Below, piece by piece: positions 35,770 to 47,699 of a DNA stretch of 64,000 bases (position 1 is the first letter of the stretch; each line of letters opens with the position of its first letter). The notes under the pieces were generated by a model. That model saw only the letters and a list, made by a program, of their open reading frames with translations. It was not told the origin of the DNA and ran no database searches. Source of the stretch: Macrostomum lignano (Eukaryota). The translations under genes were made by a program, and so were the position numbers. The stretch spans positions 62,001 to 126,000 of the forward strand of contig NIVC01000665.1 in the NCBI GenBank assembly GCA_002269645.1, read 5' to 3'.

Positions 35770-36032
35770 GTGTTCTCGCATATTGCTTAGGTCAGGTCAA
35801 ACTGCAAAGCTTTCGATTACTTGCTGTGTCAGGCAACGGGTCCAACTTACTTGGATGCTTGAAGCTAGATTTCTAACTCTTATACTACTCAAGCATTTCT
35901 GCAGCTAGAACTGGACGAAGACTCCAAGCAGTACTCCAGGATCGATGAAGAGCTAGGGAATCCACCCAGCTGAGGACAAGATCCGAGCAATCCATGAGGC
36001 TCCACGCATACGAAAGGTGTCTGATCTGAGAG
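35770..36032 (+). mobile_element. Heavily deleted Ty3/Gypsy pol remnant (protease end plus RT pieces)
   Basis: Collinear peptides LLAVSGNGSNLLG..LKLDF (protease C-end), TQAFLQLELDEDSKQYS (RT, DL..AYLQL.LDEES type) and EDKIRAIHEAPRIRKVSDLR (RT C-end). Confidence 0.62.
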
Positions 36033-37814
36033 CTACTCGTGTGTGCTTTTACTGATACCAATAAAAGTGCTCCGACACAGCCTGCAACTTGAGCACAGCC
36101 GAAAGCTAGGAATGCCCATTGACTTGTTTCTTGGTCCAGCTGCTACCAAAGCAACAACTTCGATTCCAGTTTCATCATGGCTTGCCTTGAGACAGTATTC
36201 GATCACACGAACCCCAGTTTTTCGTGTCCGGTAAATGGGATAAAATGCGATCAGCTGCTTCCGGTTTGCTGCAACACCTCGCAGCACAGCAACAACTGCT
36301 GAATCAATGGCGTCAGTCTTGTTGTTTGCCATGTTGACGTTGTAGAATCGAATCCAGCGATGATATCCTTGTTCTGATTATATTAAAATGCACGCGCGAG
36401 ACTCGATGCCCTCAAAGCAGAGTTGCAAGACGACTGAGGCGCTTCTGATGACGAGTCTTTTTTGCGGTAAGAGCGTTGAGCGTTGCGTTGCATGGAGGCC
36501 TAAAGCCGCGAAGCATTTCCGTGTACACCTTTTCTGTATCGTTTGTATGAATAGGTGTTGCATCCAACATATTCTGGAGTGCATCGCTGCACGCAAAAAT
36601 GGTTGCCGTGTGGTCGATAAATACTGCTGCTATAGCAAGAGAATACTAGAGAAGCGCTGCATATAAGAGCGAGGCTGCTGCTGAGGGGATTGAAGAATCT
36701 GCCGCAGGCAGACAGAGCTCGGCCATAGACATCCGGCGAAGTGGCTTCATGCAGAAAGGGGGTGGCCCATCTATAGTGTACACTGTATATAGAATCTGTG
36801 GGCAGAGCACCCTAGCCATGCATAAATAATCGTAAATGCTCGGATCTTTTATCACTTCGTCTAATCATTCTAAGCCATCTCTATTTGACAGTAGAACTAC
36901 CAAGGGGGACTCCCCCGTGACATTTTTCAAGTCGCCAGCCCTCCAGACCGTCGAGATATTCAACAATTCTGCCAGAAGGTCGTAGTTTTCCCATTAGCGC
37001 CAGTGTATTCATTTTAAGCACTGTGTCTCAGTGCAGCCTTGCCAAGCCTCTAAATTTCATCAGCACATTGACCACATGTGTCTGCATCAGCTCTGACTTC
37101 GTTTGGTCACTAGCCTTCACCCAGGTGGAGCTTCTGGGTGTTCAAAAAGTGGCACCAGGTGACTATGGACAACTGCTAGGCATTCTCCACTAGTCTCTCA
37201 AGCATTCGGTCATCATCCAGGCGCCGTCGGCACCTTCGATCAATAGATGACACCAGGCAACTGGTAAAACTGGGAAAAACGCTTTGGTGTTCCTACTGTC
37301 AGTCTGAAAAAGCAAAAAACAAAAAAGACTGAAGAATGCGCGTAAGATAGGGAAGAAAAGAAGAGGGAGACTTATAAATTTTGACCAATTTTTCAAACTG
37401 ACAAATGACATGCTTTTGAAACACAGCTGGTTACCTTTTCCCCATAGAATTTGTAAGTTTGAAAAAGCTAAATTTTAATTTTTCGAATACTTAATGCACT
37501 TTTAGTTTGCGCAGAATCGGTGACTTTACAGAGCAAGTTCTGGGTCAGTTTGCCTCACAATACTTGCCTGACGTAATGAAAAATAAATAATTGAACCATT
37601 TCTGCGCTGCAGTCTACAAATTTCAGCTTTGATTTGTTAGCAATTGCAAAAAAATTGCAAGCTAGTGCACTTGATATTGTAACAACATGCATTGTGGGTT
37701 TGCAGTATAGTTAAGGTCTAGGCTAATCTAATTTCTACAGCAGGAACTTTACAACAGAAATAAAACACATTTCTATAACTGCTTTAATACACTTTAACTT
37801 CAACTGATTCTCCA

Positions 37815-38180
37815 GAACTGTCACTAATCCCCTCAAACTGTCACTAATCCCCTCACAATGTTACTAATCCCCTTACACTGTCACTAATCCCCTCACACTG
37901 TCACTAATCCCCTCAAACTCTACCTAAGCTCCTCAAACTGTCACTAATCCCCTCAAACTTTACCTAAGCTCCTCAAACTGTCACTAATCCCCTCAAACTG
38001 TCACTAATCCCCTTACACTGTCACTAATCCCCTTACACTGTCACTAATCCCCTCACAATGTTACTAATCCCTTCAAACTGTCACGAATCCCTTCAAACTG
38101 TCACTAATAACCTCACACTGTCACTAATCCCCTCAAACTCTACCTAAGCTCCTCAAACTGTCACTAATCCCCTCAAACTG
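37815..38180. repeat. 20-bp minisatellite
   Basis: CTGTCACTAATCCCCTCAAA units; shares the CTAATCCC core with the 33190-34185 array. Confidence 0.88.
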
Positions 38181-38939
38181 CTCTGGGTAAATGGGTAACA
38201 ATAAGAAAGTGGTACAGCATAGGTGTAAAGCAAATCAATTTCAAGCGAGTAAAACTGGTAGAACTTTAATAGTTTCTCAGGAAAAAAGCTAAGCTAGTCA
38301 TACTACTGATGACACGAGATCAAGTAACACATTTACTGGTTCTATGAGTAGCAAGCAAGTAACACATTTTTGAGGCAAGTATTAGCAAAAATGAGTATGT
38401 TGAAATAGCAAGAAATTGCTGACGAATTGTGTAAAAAATTCGATTCCCTTCAGTTAGCAAATTAAATAGTGAGAACAACAACAGAGAACTGGTCATACAA
38501 CAAAATCTAATAAAAAATGTCTACCGATTTGTTGCAAATAAAAACCAATCGTTCTTTTTTGTCAAAGCATTTTCCGCCACCAAATACAGAAAGGCAATCA
38601 ACACCCCGAACAGCCTACTTATAACAGTAGGGGTGCAAACGCGGCAAAAAAAGGAGAAATACAGAGAAAAAATTTCTAGCTTTTAAAGCTTAAAGTTGGG
38701 TCTTTATTTAAACAGTAAATATTCATAAAAGGGGAATGTCTTTATAGTGAGTGATGAAAAATGTTATTCATGTGCCAACTTAAAACTGTAATCTACGACT
38801 ATATAAACATTACTTAATCTGGTAATCAAAGACGATAGTCGACGCTTTAAAACACATTTGCTCGTAAAAAAGTTGAAATTCCGGTAAATGATTAGATTTA
38901 AAGCAAATTTAATGAGCTGATCTATGACTGATCTTATGA

Positions 38940-40589
38940 TGAGCAGACCATGGGGCTGGTTCTATGAGCAGGTATGGGGCTGTTTCTATGAGCAGGTATG
39001 GGGCTGGTTCTATGAGCAGGTATGGGGCTGTTTCTATGAGCAGATATGGGACTGTTTCTATGAGCAGATATGGGACTGTTTCTATGAGCAGATATGGGGT
39101 TGGTTCTATGAGCAGATATGGGGCTGGTTCTATGAGCAGATATGGGACTGTTTCTATGAGCAGATATGGGGCTGGTTCTATGAGCAGATATGGGGCTGGT
39201 GCTATGAGCAGATATGGGGCTGGTTCTATGAGCAGAAATGGGGCTGGTTCTATGAGCAGATATGGGGCTGGTTCTATGAGCAGATATGGGGCTGGTTCTA
39301 TGAGCAGGTATGGGGTTGGTTCTATGAGCAAATATGGGACTGTTTCTATGAGCAGATATGGGGCTGGTTCTATGAGCAGATATGGGGCTGGTTCTATGAG
39401 CAGATATGGGGTTGGTTCTATGAGCAGGTATGGGGTTGGTTCTATGAGCAGATATGGGGCTGGTTCTATGAGCAGATATGGGGCTGGTTCTATGAGCAGG
39501 CATGGGGTTGGTTCTATGAGCAGATATGGGACTGTTTCTATGAGCAGATATGGGACTGTTTCTATGAGCAGATATGGGGTTGGTTCTATGAGCAGGTATG
39601 GGGTTGGTTCTATGAGCAGATATGGGGTTGGTTCTATGAGCAGGCATGGGGCTGGTTCTATGAGCAGGTATGGGGCTGGTTCTATGAGCAGATATGGGGT
39701 TGGTTCTATGAGCAGGCATGGGGTTGGTTCTATGAGCAGATATGGGGTTGGTTCTATGAGCAGGCATGGGGTTGGTTCTATGAGCAGATATGGGGTTGGT
39801 TCTATGAGCAGGCATGGGGTTGGTTCTATGAGCAGGCATGGGGTTGGTTCTATGAGCAGATATGGGGTTGGTTCTATGAGCAGATATGGGGTTGGTTCTA
39901 TGAGCAGATATGGGGTTGGTTCTATGAGCAGATATGGGGTTGGTTCTATGAGCAGGTATGGGGTTGGTTCTATGAGCAGATATGGGGCTGGTTCTATGAG
40001 CAGATATGGGGCTGGTTCTATGAGCAGGCATGGGGTTGGTTCTATGAGCAGATATGGGACTGTTTCTATGAGCAGATATGGGACTGTTTCTATGAGCAGA
40101 TATGGGGTTGGTTCTATGAGCAGGTATGGGGTTGGTTCTATGAGCAGATATGGGGTTGGTTCTATGAGCAGGCATGGGGCTGGTTCTATGAGCAGGTATG
40201 GGGCTGGTTCTATGAGCAGATATGGGGTTGGTTCTATGAGCAGGCATGGGGTTGGTTCTATGAGCAGATATGGGGTTGGTTCTATGAGCAGGCATGGGGT
40301 TGGTTCTATGAGCAGATATGGGGTTGGTTCTATGAGCAGGCATGGGGTTGGTTCTATGAGCAGGCATGGGGTTGGTTCTATGAGCAGATATGGGGTTGGT
40401 TCTATGAGCAGATATGGGGTTGGTTCTATGAGCAGGCATGGGGTTGGTTCTATGAGCAGATATGGGGTTGGTTCTATGAGCAGATATGGGGTTGGTTCTA
40501 TGAGCAGGCATGGGGTTGGTTCTATGAGCAGATATGGGGTTGGTTCTATGAGCAGGCATGGGGTTGGTTCTATGAGCAGGCATGGGGCT
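38940..40589. repeat. 21-bp minisatellite (~78 copies) immediately 3' of the CPT1 stop
   Basis: GGTTCTATGAGCAG(A/G)(T/C)ATGGGG(T/C)T; begins ~75 nt past the stop codon. Confidence 0.95.
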
Positions 40590-40664
40590 GACTCAATTTT
40601 AAGGGCCGATCCTACGAGCAGACAAAGAAGTCAGAGAAGTGTCACACTGCAAATTCAAGGACCC

Positions 40665-41037
40665 CTAGACGGCAGTGCTGTGCCCATCGAACAAGGCCTT
40701 GACATCCCGAAGCGCCTGGTAGATGTGGTCCATGAACCTGGTGGAGTCCGTGTCCGCAGCCGACCGCTTGCTGGACACGTGGAAGAAGATTCTGAAGTCG
40801 CCCGCCAGCATGTAGGAGACGCCGTAGCCCTGGTCGGCCACCGGGCCGAAACCGCCGCCAGGACTGACGCAGTCGCGGAACTCGGGCAGATCGCAGCTGG
40901 GAGTGTCCGCCAGCTGCTGCTGCGGCTGCTGGCTGGTGCTGAGGATCCATGGCAGGGTCAGGGTGGACTTCAGGAACTCCGACTCGTAGCCCAGGCCGCG
41001 GCCGATCACGTACAGAGCGAATAGGTGGCGGTCGCAT
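40665..41037 (-). CDS. CPT1: CPT1 terminal exon
   Basis: ccgcag|A TGC GAC CGC CAC (CDRHLF); TAG at 40667-40665. Confidence 0.93.
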
Positions 41038-44000
41038 CTGCGGCAGATAAAGGGGGAGATGGCAGATAGATAGGGAGGTGGCAGATAGAAGGGTAGATGG
41101 AAGATAGATAGGCAGATGGCAGATAGATAGGCAGATGACAGAAAGACGGGGAGATGGCAGATAGATGGGTAGGTTGCAGATAGATGAGGAGATGGCAGAT
41201 AGATGAGGAGATGGCAGATAGATGAGGAGATAGCAGATAGATAAGGGGATGGCAGATAGATAGGCAGATGACAGAAAGACGGGGAGATGGCAGATAGATA
41301 GACAGGTTGCAGATAGATGAGGAGATGGCAGATAGATGAGGAGATGGAAGATAGATGAGGAGATAGCAGATAGATAAGGGGATGGCAGATAGATAGGCAG
41401 ATGACAGAAAGACGGGGAGATGGCAGATAGATGGGTAGGTTGCAGATAGATGAGGAGATGGCAGATAGATGAGGAGATGGCAGATAGATGAGGAGATAGC
41501 AGATAGATAAGGGGATGGCAGATAGATAGGCAGATGACAGAAAGACGGGGAGATGGCAGATAGATAGACAGGTTGCAGATAGATGAGGAGATGGCAGATA
41601 GATGAGGAGATGGAAGATAGATGAGGAGATAGCAGATAGATAAGGGGATGGCAGATAGATAGGCAGATGACAGAAAGACGGGGAGATGGCAGATAGATAG
41701 GGAGGTGGCAGATAGATGGGCAGATGGCAGAAAGACGGGGAGGTGGCAGATAGATGGGTAGGTTGCAGATAGATGAGGAGATGGCAGATAGATGAGGAGA
41801 TGGCAGATAGATGAGGAGATGGCAGATAGATGAGGAGATGGCAGATAGATGAGGAGATGGCAGATAGATGAGGAGATGGCAGATAGATGAGGAGATGGCA
41901 GATAGATAGGGAGATGGCAGATAGATAGGGAGATGGCAGATAGATGAGGAGATGGCAGATAGATGAGGAGATGGCAGATAGACGAGCAGAGTGTAGGCAC
42001 GGACCCCAAGCCGGCCATGGCATTCCGGTAGCTGGTCTGGTGCTCATCGGCGGCCCTCCTCAGCAGCCGAATCCGCAACCCCGAGTCGCACTCTTTGGCG
42101 CACATTGCCAGCACAAAGTCGCAGGCGCTCTGCGTCAGCGAGCGAACAGTTTCGGTTCGGCCGCACAGAAACAGGCGGGTCATTGAGGACTCGTAGGTCA
42201 AAGCGAATTTGCCGTGCATCCGGTAATAAGCCAGGTGCAGCACCATCTGCACGTAAGCGTCCGGGCTCACTTTGAAGCACTTGATGACGCCTTTGCCGTA
42301 TTCGTTGAAGTCGCGCACAACCAAATCCAAATCGGCGTTGTTCTGCGATTTTAAAATGTACATTTAAACATTATATTGATTTGCGCTACATGTACTACTG
42401 ATTACGTCATCATGTAAAGTAGCAAAATTAGGATTAGTCTTTAAAATATCGACATTTAAAATAAAAAAACCTACTCGGTGTTGAGCTATGATAATTTTAA
42501 TTGCTTCTATAATTTTAACTAATATGCGATTTCTGTGCCTACGCACTTTTTGTTAGCGTGGGGTGGGTGGCCGAAGTCGTCAGTCGATTGGCTGGGCCGT
42601 GACGACGTCTCTCTCTACCCGGGGCAATCAGGCGTTTTCCCACCCCAGCTTTTCTGCGGGCCGATTGGCCAGTCCTGACTGCCCTTTTATTGTCTCTCTC
42701 TCCAACCTTTTTCCGCGCGCTGATTGGCTGGGCTTGGCTGTCATCTGCTCTCTCCCCCTCCCCCTTTTTGGCATTTATTATATGCCGTCTGGACGTCCCC
42801 CTTTCTTAACTTTTGCTTGTGTGGCGACACGTTAAGTGATTTGCTTTACCTGGACTTTGTCATTGCGAAGACTCAAGTCTATTGCATGTTTAAATTTGGG
42901 CTCGTATGGATTCGCTCAGCTTGACAAATTTGAATATGTACAAATTCGGACTGTAAGCTGTAAGTAGTAAACGAAGCGCACCTTCAGACTAAACTGGTAG
43001 GCATCGTCAATCTCATTGGCCAGCGATTCGCTGCACCGCCAAACCAGTCGCTCGGGCTGTCGGATCGGCTTTTGAGCGGCCGGGTCCGGGAGGCAGCGGC
43101 CGCCAGAGTCGTAGATCTTATCCGGATTAGCAGCCTCGGCTGTGTACACGAATTCGATCAGGTGGGCGAACACAGGCGCATCTGCCCAGGAGTGCTCGCA
43201 GTGGACAGCGAACCGACCGCTAGGATGGAAGATCAGGTTGGCGTTCTTGTCAAACCAGATGTTGCGCCCGTTGCCGTGCAGGCCCATCTTGCCGCGCTCG
43301 CTGAAGTCGTCGGAGACCGGGTCGGAGCAGAATGACACCACGTTGATGGCGGACTCCAGCGTTGCTAGGAAATCTTTGTTTGCCGAAGCCTCGGATTCGA
43401 GAAAATGCTGGCGTCGAATTTTCGCCCATTTTGTTCGTTCAAGAGCGGTCAGGGCGGCAAGGCGCGATTCTGATTGGCTGACTGCAAATTAGGTGGCGGG
43501 GCGGGGTTCTCATTGGCTGTGCAACGGACCAATCCATAAGGGGACGAGATTTTAGAGGCAGGGTGGGTGAGGGGTTCTGATTGGCTGTTCAGTAGACTTC
43601 TCCATTAGGGGACGAGTTTTAGAGCTGGGGGCGGGTGAGGAGGTTCTGATTGGCTGTTCAGCAAACCTCTCCATTAGGGGACGAGATTTTGGAGGTGTGG
43701 TGGGTGAGCAGGTTCTGATTGGCTGTTCAGCAAACTTCTCCATTAGGGGACGAGATTTTGGAGGCGGGGTGGGTGATGCTGATTGGCTGTTCAGCAAACC
43801 TCTCTATTAGGGGACGAGAGTTTGGAGGTTGGGTGGGTGAGGCAGTTTCTGATTGGCTGTTCAGTAAAACTCTCCTTTAAGGGACGAGAGTTTGGAGATT
43901 GGGTGGGTGAGGCAGGTTCTGATTGGCTGTTCAGCAAACCTCTTCATTAGGGGACGAGAGTTTGGAGGTTTTGCATGACTTCTTCGACGACACTAAAAGT

Positions 44001-47000
44001 ATACGAAGACGCAGCAATGCTAAGAGCACCCACTGTCGTGCTGCTTGGAATCATCAACAATCCACTGGAACAGGTCCTCCAATACTCTGGTAGACAGCAC
44101 CGCACCATCAGAGTCGTACACGTCAACTTTGTAGTAGTGACCGGAGGACAGGACAATGATGTGCTGAAATTGATTGCGGCAACAGGGCTAATATAGGCAA
44201 AGGCGCATTACACAACTAGGAACTTATATAAATAAATACCTTGCTCTTAGATGACGGATAGTGAACCAGTTCATCGATATCTTCTCCAGGTACTCTGCAA
44301 TTTTTATGCAATAATTTGTAACACGCACTATTTAAACAGATGGCCTACCTGGGTCTCTCGGTTTACCTTGTAGTTGAAAATGCCCTCTCGTACTGGCTCA
44401 TGCAGACCGGGATGGTGCTGCGGATCAGGAGCGGCTCGATCTGCTCCCTGTCGAGCATTCGTTTCACCCGCAACAGGTGATGCACAATGTAGCCGGCTCT
44501 GCGAGTGAACAAGCAATTGGTATTCAGCTTTATAGCCATTCAAAAACTATACTAGGAACAGGAGAGGCCCTAGCCTAGCGGTCTAGCGCGTCGTTCTGAT
44601 GCGCGGAAGGTCCCGAGTTCGAATCCGTTCACACGACCGAAAATCCAGTTCAAGTACACTTACCGAGCTGCCGGATTTGAAGTTGGCTTGAAGTAGCTGT
44701 GATCCAGGATGTAATAATTGCTGTTGATTGGCAGTGGCGATCGGCTCATCAGGTAGACATATTTCTCCCTGGGAATTGGGAAAGCGGTGTGTTCTCCCAT
44801 CTCTTTACTCTTCCCCATGCACTCTAACCCCCACCGCTTCTCATCCTTCCTAACTATTAATTCTAATTCATTCTAATTCACATTCCTATTCACTCAAAGC
44901 ATCTATCAAACTCACCCCAATCACTCTCATCCCCAGTGACTCTTACCTCCATTCACTCTCACCCCATTAACTCTCACCCCATTCACTCTCACCACATTCA
45001 CTCTCACCCCCATTCACTTGCATCCCATTCACTCTCACTTCCATTCAACTGCACCCCATTCACTCTCATCCCATTCACTTGCATCCCATTTAATCTCCCC
45101 CATTCACTCTCACCCCATTCACTCTCACCACATTCACTCTCACCCCCATTCACTTGCATCCCATTCACTCTCATCCCATTCACTTGCATCCCATTTAATC
45201 CCCCCATTCACTCTCACCCACAGTGACTCTTAACTCCATTCACTCTCACCCTCATTCACTCTCATCCCATTCACTCTCATCCCATTCACTCTCATCCCAT
45301 TCACTCTCATCACATTCACTCTCATCCCATTCAATCTCACACCCATTCACTCTCATCCCATTCACTCTCATCCCATTCACTCTCATCCCATTCACTCTCA
45401 TCCCATTCACTCTCATCCCATTCAATCTCACACCCATTCACTCTCATCTTATTCAATCTCACACCCATTCAATCTCACCCCCATTCACTCTCACCCCCAG
45501 TCACTTGCACCCCATTCACTCTCACAAACATTTATTATTTTGCGTTAACTAAAAACGGCACAGAACAGCAGTCCGCGCACTCACCACCAATCCGTGACAT
45601 AGTTGGGGGCCCACCAGGACTTCAGCTGCAGCACCCGCTGCAATTTGTACCCGATGGATTTCTCAAATTCAGCCGCCTGCCGTTTGAAGTCTCGCACCTG
45701 GCCGCTGTCCTGGCCGTACAGCGGAGTCAAGCTGTCAATCAGCTGGTCGAGAGTCCGCCTGAGCGGTGGAACAGGCATCCTGGGCAGCGCGGCCTGGCAT
45801 GAGTAGGTGCTGGGCTTGTAGCCGGACACGATCTTCACTAGCAGGCCCCAGGCCAGGGTAGTCCAGCTCTGCGTCCTCGGCGGCTGGTACATCCAGCCTT
45901 TGTAGGACAGCAGCGCTCTCAGAGCGTACCTGCGCAGGTACAGCAGCAGTATGAAGAATATCAGACCGAATGCTATGGCAACTAGCGGCACTCGAATAGT
46001 GTAGGGAATCGAGTCCCCGATGTTCAGCACTTCCGCCAGGTGCCACAGCCGGCTGGTGAAGCCGCCAGCCCAGGCCGGGTGCCAGAACAGCAGCAGAGTC
46101 ACCAGGCCAGTGGTCACCATCAGGTTGTAGATGTGGGTGGGCCACAGCCCGTTGTAGATTGAGTTCCTGCGGGGTGGGGCATGTGGCTGCATGTGATCTG
46201 CCTTCCACACACTCTCACTGTCCTCACTGTCTCCACACTTTCCTCACTGTCTCCCTCACTGTCCTCACTGTCTCCCTCACTGTCCTCACTGTCTCCACAC
46301 TTTCCTCACTGTCTCCCCCACTGTCCTCACTGTCTCCCTCACTGTCCTCACTGTCTCCACACTTTCCTCACTGTCTCCCTCACTGTCCTCACTGTCTCCC
46401 TCACTGTCCTCACTGTCTCCACACTTTCCTCACTGTCTCCCTCACTGTCCTCACTGTCTCCCTCACTGTCCTCACTGTCTCCCTCACTGTCCTCACTGTC
46501 TCCACACTTTCCTCACTGTCTCCCCCACAGTCCTCACTGTCTCCCTCACTGTCCTCACTGTCTCCCTCACTGTCCTCACTGTCTCCACACTTTCCTCACT
46601 GTCTCCCCCACTGTCCTCACTGTCTCCCTCACTGTCCTCACTGTCTCCACACTTTCCTCACTGTCTCCCCCACTGTCCTCACTGTCTCCCTCACTGTCCT
46701 CACTGTCTCCCTCACTGTCTCTCTCTCTTCCCTCACTGTCTCCCTCTCTTCCCCCACTGTCTCCCTCTCTTCCCCCACTGTCTCCCTCTCTTCCCCCACT
46801 GTCTCCCTCTCTTCCCCCACTGTCTCCCTCTCTTCCCCCACTGTCTCCCTCTCTTCCCCCACTGTCTCTCTCTCTTCCCTCACTGTCTCCCTCTCTTCCC
46901 CACTGTCTCCCTCTCTTCCCCACTGTCTCCCTCTCTTCCCCCACTGTCTCCCTCTCTTCCCCCACTGTCTCCCTCTCTTCCCCCACTGTCTCCCTCTCTT

Positions 47001-47476
47001 CCCCCACTGTCTCCCTCTCTTCCCTCACTGTCTCCCTCTCTTCCCCCACTGTCTCCCTCTCTTCCCCCACTGTCTCCCTCTCTTCCCCCACTGTCTCCCT
47101 CTCTTCCCCACTGTCTCCCTCTCTTCCCCACTGTCTCCCTCTCTTCCCCTACTGTCTCCCTCTCTTCCCCCACTGTCTCCCTCTCTTCCCTCACTGTCTC
47201 CCTCTCTTCCCCCACTGTCTCCCTCTCTTCCCCCACTGTCTCCCTCTCTTCCCCCACTGTCTCCCTCTCTTCCCTCACTGTCTCCCTCTCTTCCCCCACT
47301 GTCTCCCTCTCTTCCCTCACTGTCTGCCACGCAAAAAGCTCCCACCTGGTAGCGAAGAATCTTCGAACCAGGGACTTCCGCCAGGCTCTGGCAGCGTCCC
47401 GCAGGGTGTCCCGGCCCTCCTGCATCTGGCCAGCCGCCAGCTTCGGCTCCGAGACGGCCACTCGAGCTTCGGCCAT
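40665..47476 (-). CDS. CPT1: Carnitine O-palmitoyltransferase 1; exons (sense order) 47476-47346, 46166-45585, 44768-44664, 44498-44367, 44294-44240, 44163-44034, 43481-42982, 42342-42005, 41037-40665; 781 aa
   Basis: MAEA start, two N-terminal hydrophobic segments, [31 protein letters not shown], catalytic-His motif [54 protein letters not shown]. All introns GT-AG with matching phases; total 2346 nt. Confidence 0.95.
41045..41982. repeat. ~20-bp purine-rich minisatellite filling CPT1 intron 8
   Basis: GATAGATGAGGAGATGGCA variants with ~120-bp higher-order period. Confidence 0.93.
42005..42342 (-). CDS. CPT1: CPT1 exon 8
   Basis: tcgcag|AAC; FGKG-like [19 protein letters not shown]; GG|gtccgt. 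Confidence 0.92.
42982..43481 (-). CDS. CPT1: CPT1 exon 7 with catalytic His (EHSWAD)
   Basis: ttgcag|TC AGC; [24 protein letters not shown]; AAG|gtgcgc. Confidence 0.93.
43490..43968. repeat. ~69-bp tandem repeat, each unit with a CCAAT box, in CPT1 intron 6
   Basis: TTCTGATTGGCTG at ~43576, 43645, 43714, 43778, 43848, 43918. Confidence 0.9.
44034..44163 (-). CDS. CPT1: CPT1 exon 6 ([16 protein letters not shown]...)
   Basis: tttcag|CAC; A|gtgggt; matches HIVVYHRGRYFKV. Confidence 0.87.
44240..44294 (-). CDS. CPT1: CPT1 exon 5 ([18 protein letters not shown])
   Basis: ttgcag|A GTA; AAG|gtattt; matches the IPGEETDTIQH segment of CPT1. Confidence 0.87.
44367..44498 (-). CDS. CPT1: CPT1 exon 4 (AGYIVHH...[10 protein letters not shown])
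   Basis: ctcgcag|A GCC; AG|gtaaac. Confidence 0.9.
44564..44630 (+). pseudogene. Degenerate tRNA-like sequence or SINE head in CPT1 intron 3 (antisense)
   Basis: TAGCCTAGCGG (A box), AGGTC and GAGTTCGAATCC (B box) at tRNA spacing; T-stem and acceptor stem do not pair, so not a functional tRNA. Confidence 0.55.
44664..44768 (-). CDS. CPT1: CPT1 exon 3 ([20 protein letters not shown])
   Basis: ttcccag|G GAG; CG|gtaagt. Confidence 0.92.
44935..45525. repeat. ~15-bp ATTCACTCTCATCCC minisatellite in CPT1 intron 2
   Basis: Directly visible. Confidence 0.9.
45585..46166 (-). CDS. CPT1: CPT1 exon 2 (TM segments to NYVTDW)
   Basis: ccgcag|G AAC; TG|gtgagt. Confidence 0.93.
46205..47325. repeat. 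CT-rich minisatellite (CACTGTCTC-based, 9-21 bp) filling CPT1 intron 1
   Basis: CTCACTGTCTCC / CTCTTCCCCCACTGTCTCC units; two sub-arrays. Confidence 0.93.
47346..47476 (-). CDS. CPT1: CPT1 exon 1
   Basis: ATG at 47476 directly after an aacag acceptor-like site; donor AG|gtggga, phase 2. Confidence 0.85.
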
Positions 47477-47699
47477 TCTGTTCGAATTTGAAGATTAGCG
47501 CAGCTCAAAATATTGATAATAGCTCGTTTAGTTTTTCTGCGAATTGGCTGGTGCAACTGGTGGCTGCAATTTCGAAGGTTGCTTTGGCGTTTGATGCGGC
47601 TCTTGGCATTGACTTGAGTGGGTAATACAGCCATTGAAGCCATATGATAAGTACAGATGATTTGTAAACGTTAACGTTTATTCATATTACAATCATCAA

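Noticed and set aside
36033-37300. Minus-strand ORF fragments (e.g. 36033-36332) as a separate gene
   Set aside because: No recognisable domain or splice structure; probably decayed TE sequence next to the Gypsy remnant.
33190-38180. CTAATCCC-containing arrays as interstitial telomeric repeats
   Set aside because: The motif is GGGATTAG within 20-22-bp units, not tandem TTAGGG.
38909-41024. Very long ORFs (555, 549 and 686 aa; WGWFYEQI, AHRTNPIS and SRYGVGSM heptads)
   Set aside because: Translations of a stop-free 21-bp minisatellite; the 686-aa frame simply runs antisense into the CPT1 last exon. No coding-type divergence pattern.
44564-44630. Functional tRNA gene
   Set aside because: A and B boxes are present but the T-stem and acceptor stem cannot pair; listed only as tRNA-like.
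46159-47491. Ser/Leu/Pro-rich and ERETV ORFs
   Set aside because: CPT1 intron 1 minisatellite translated in several frames.
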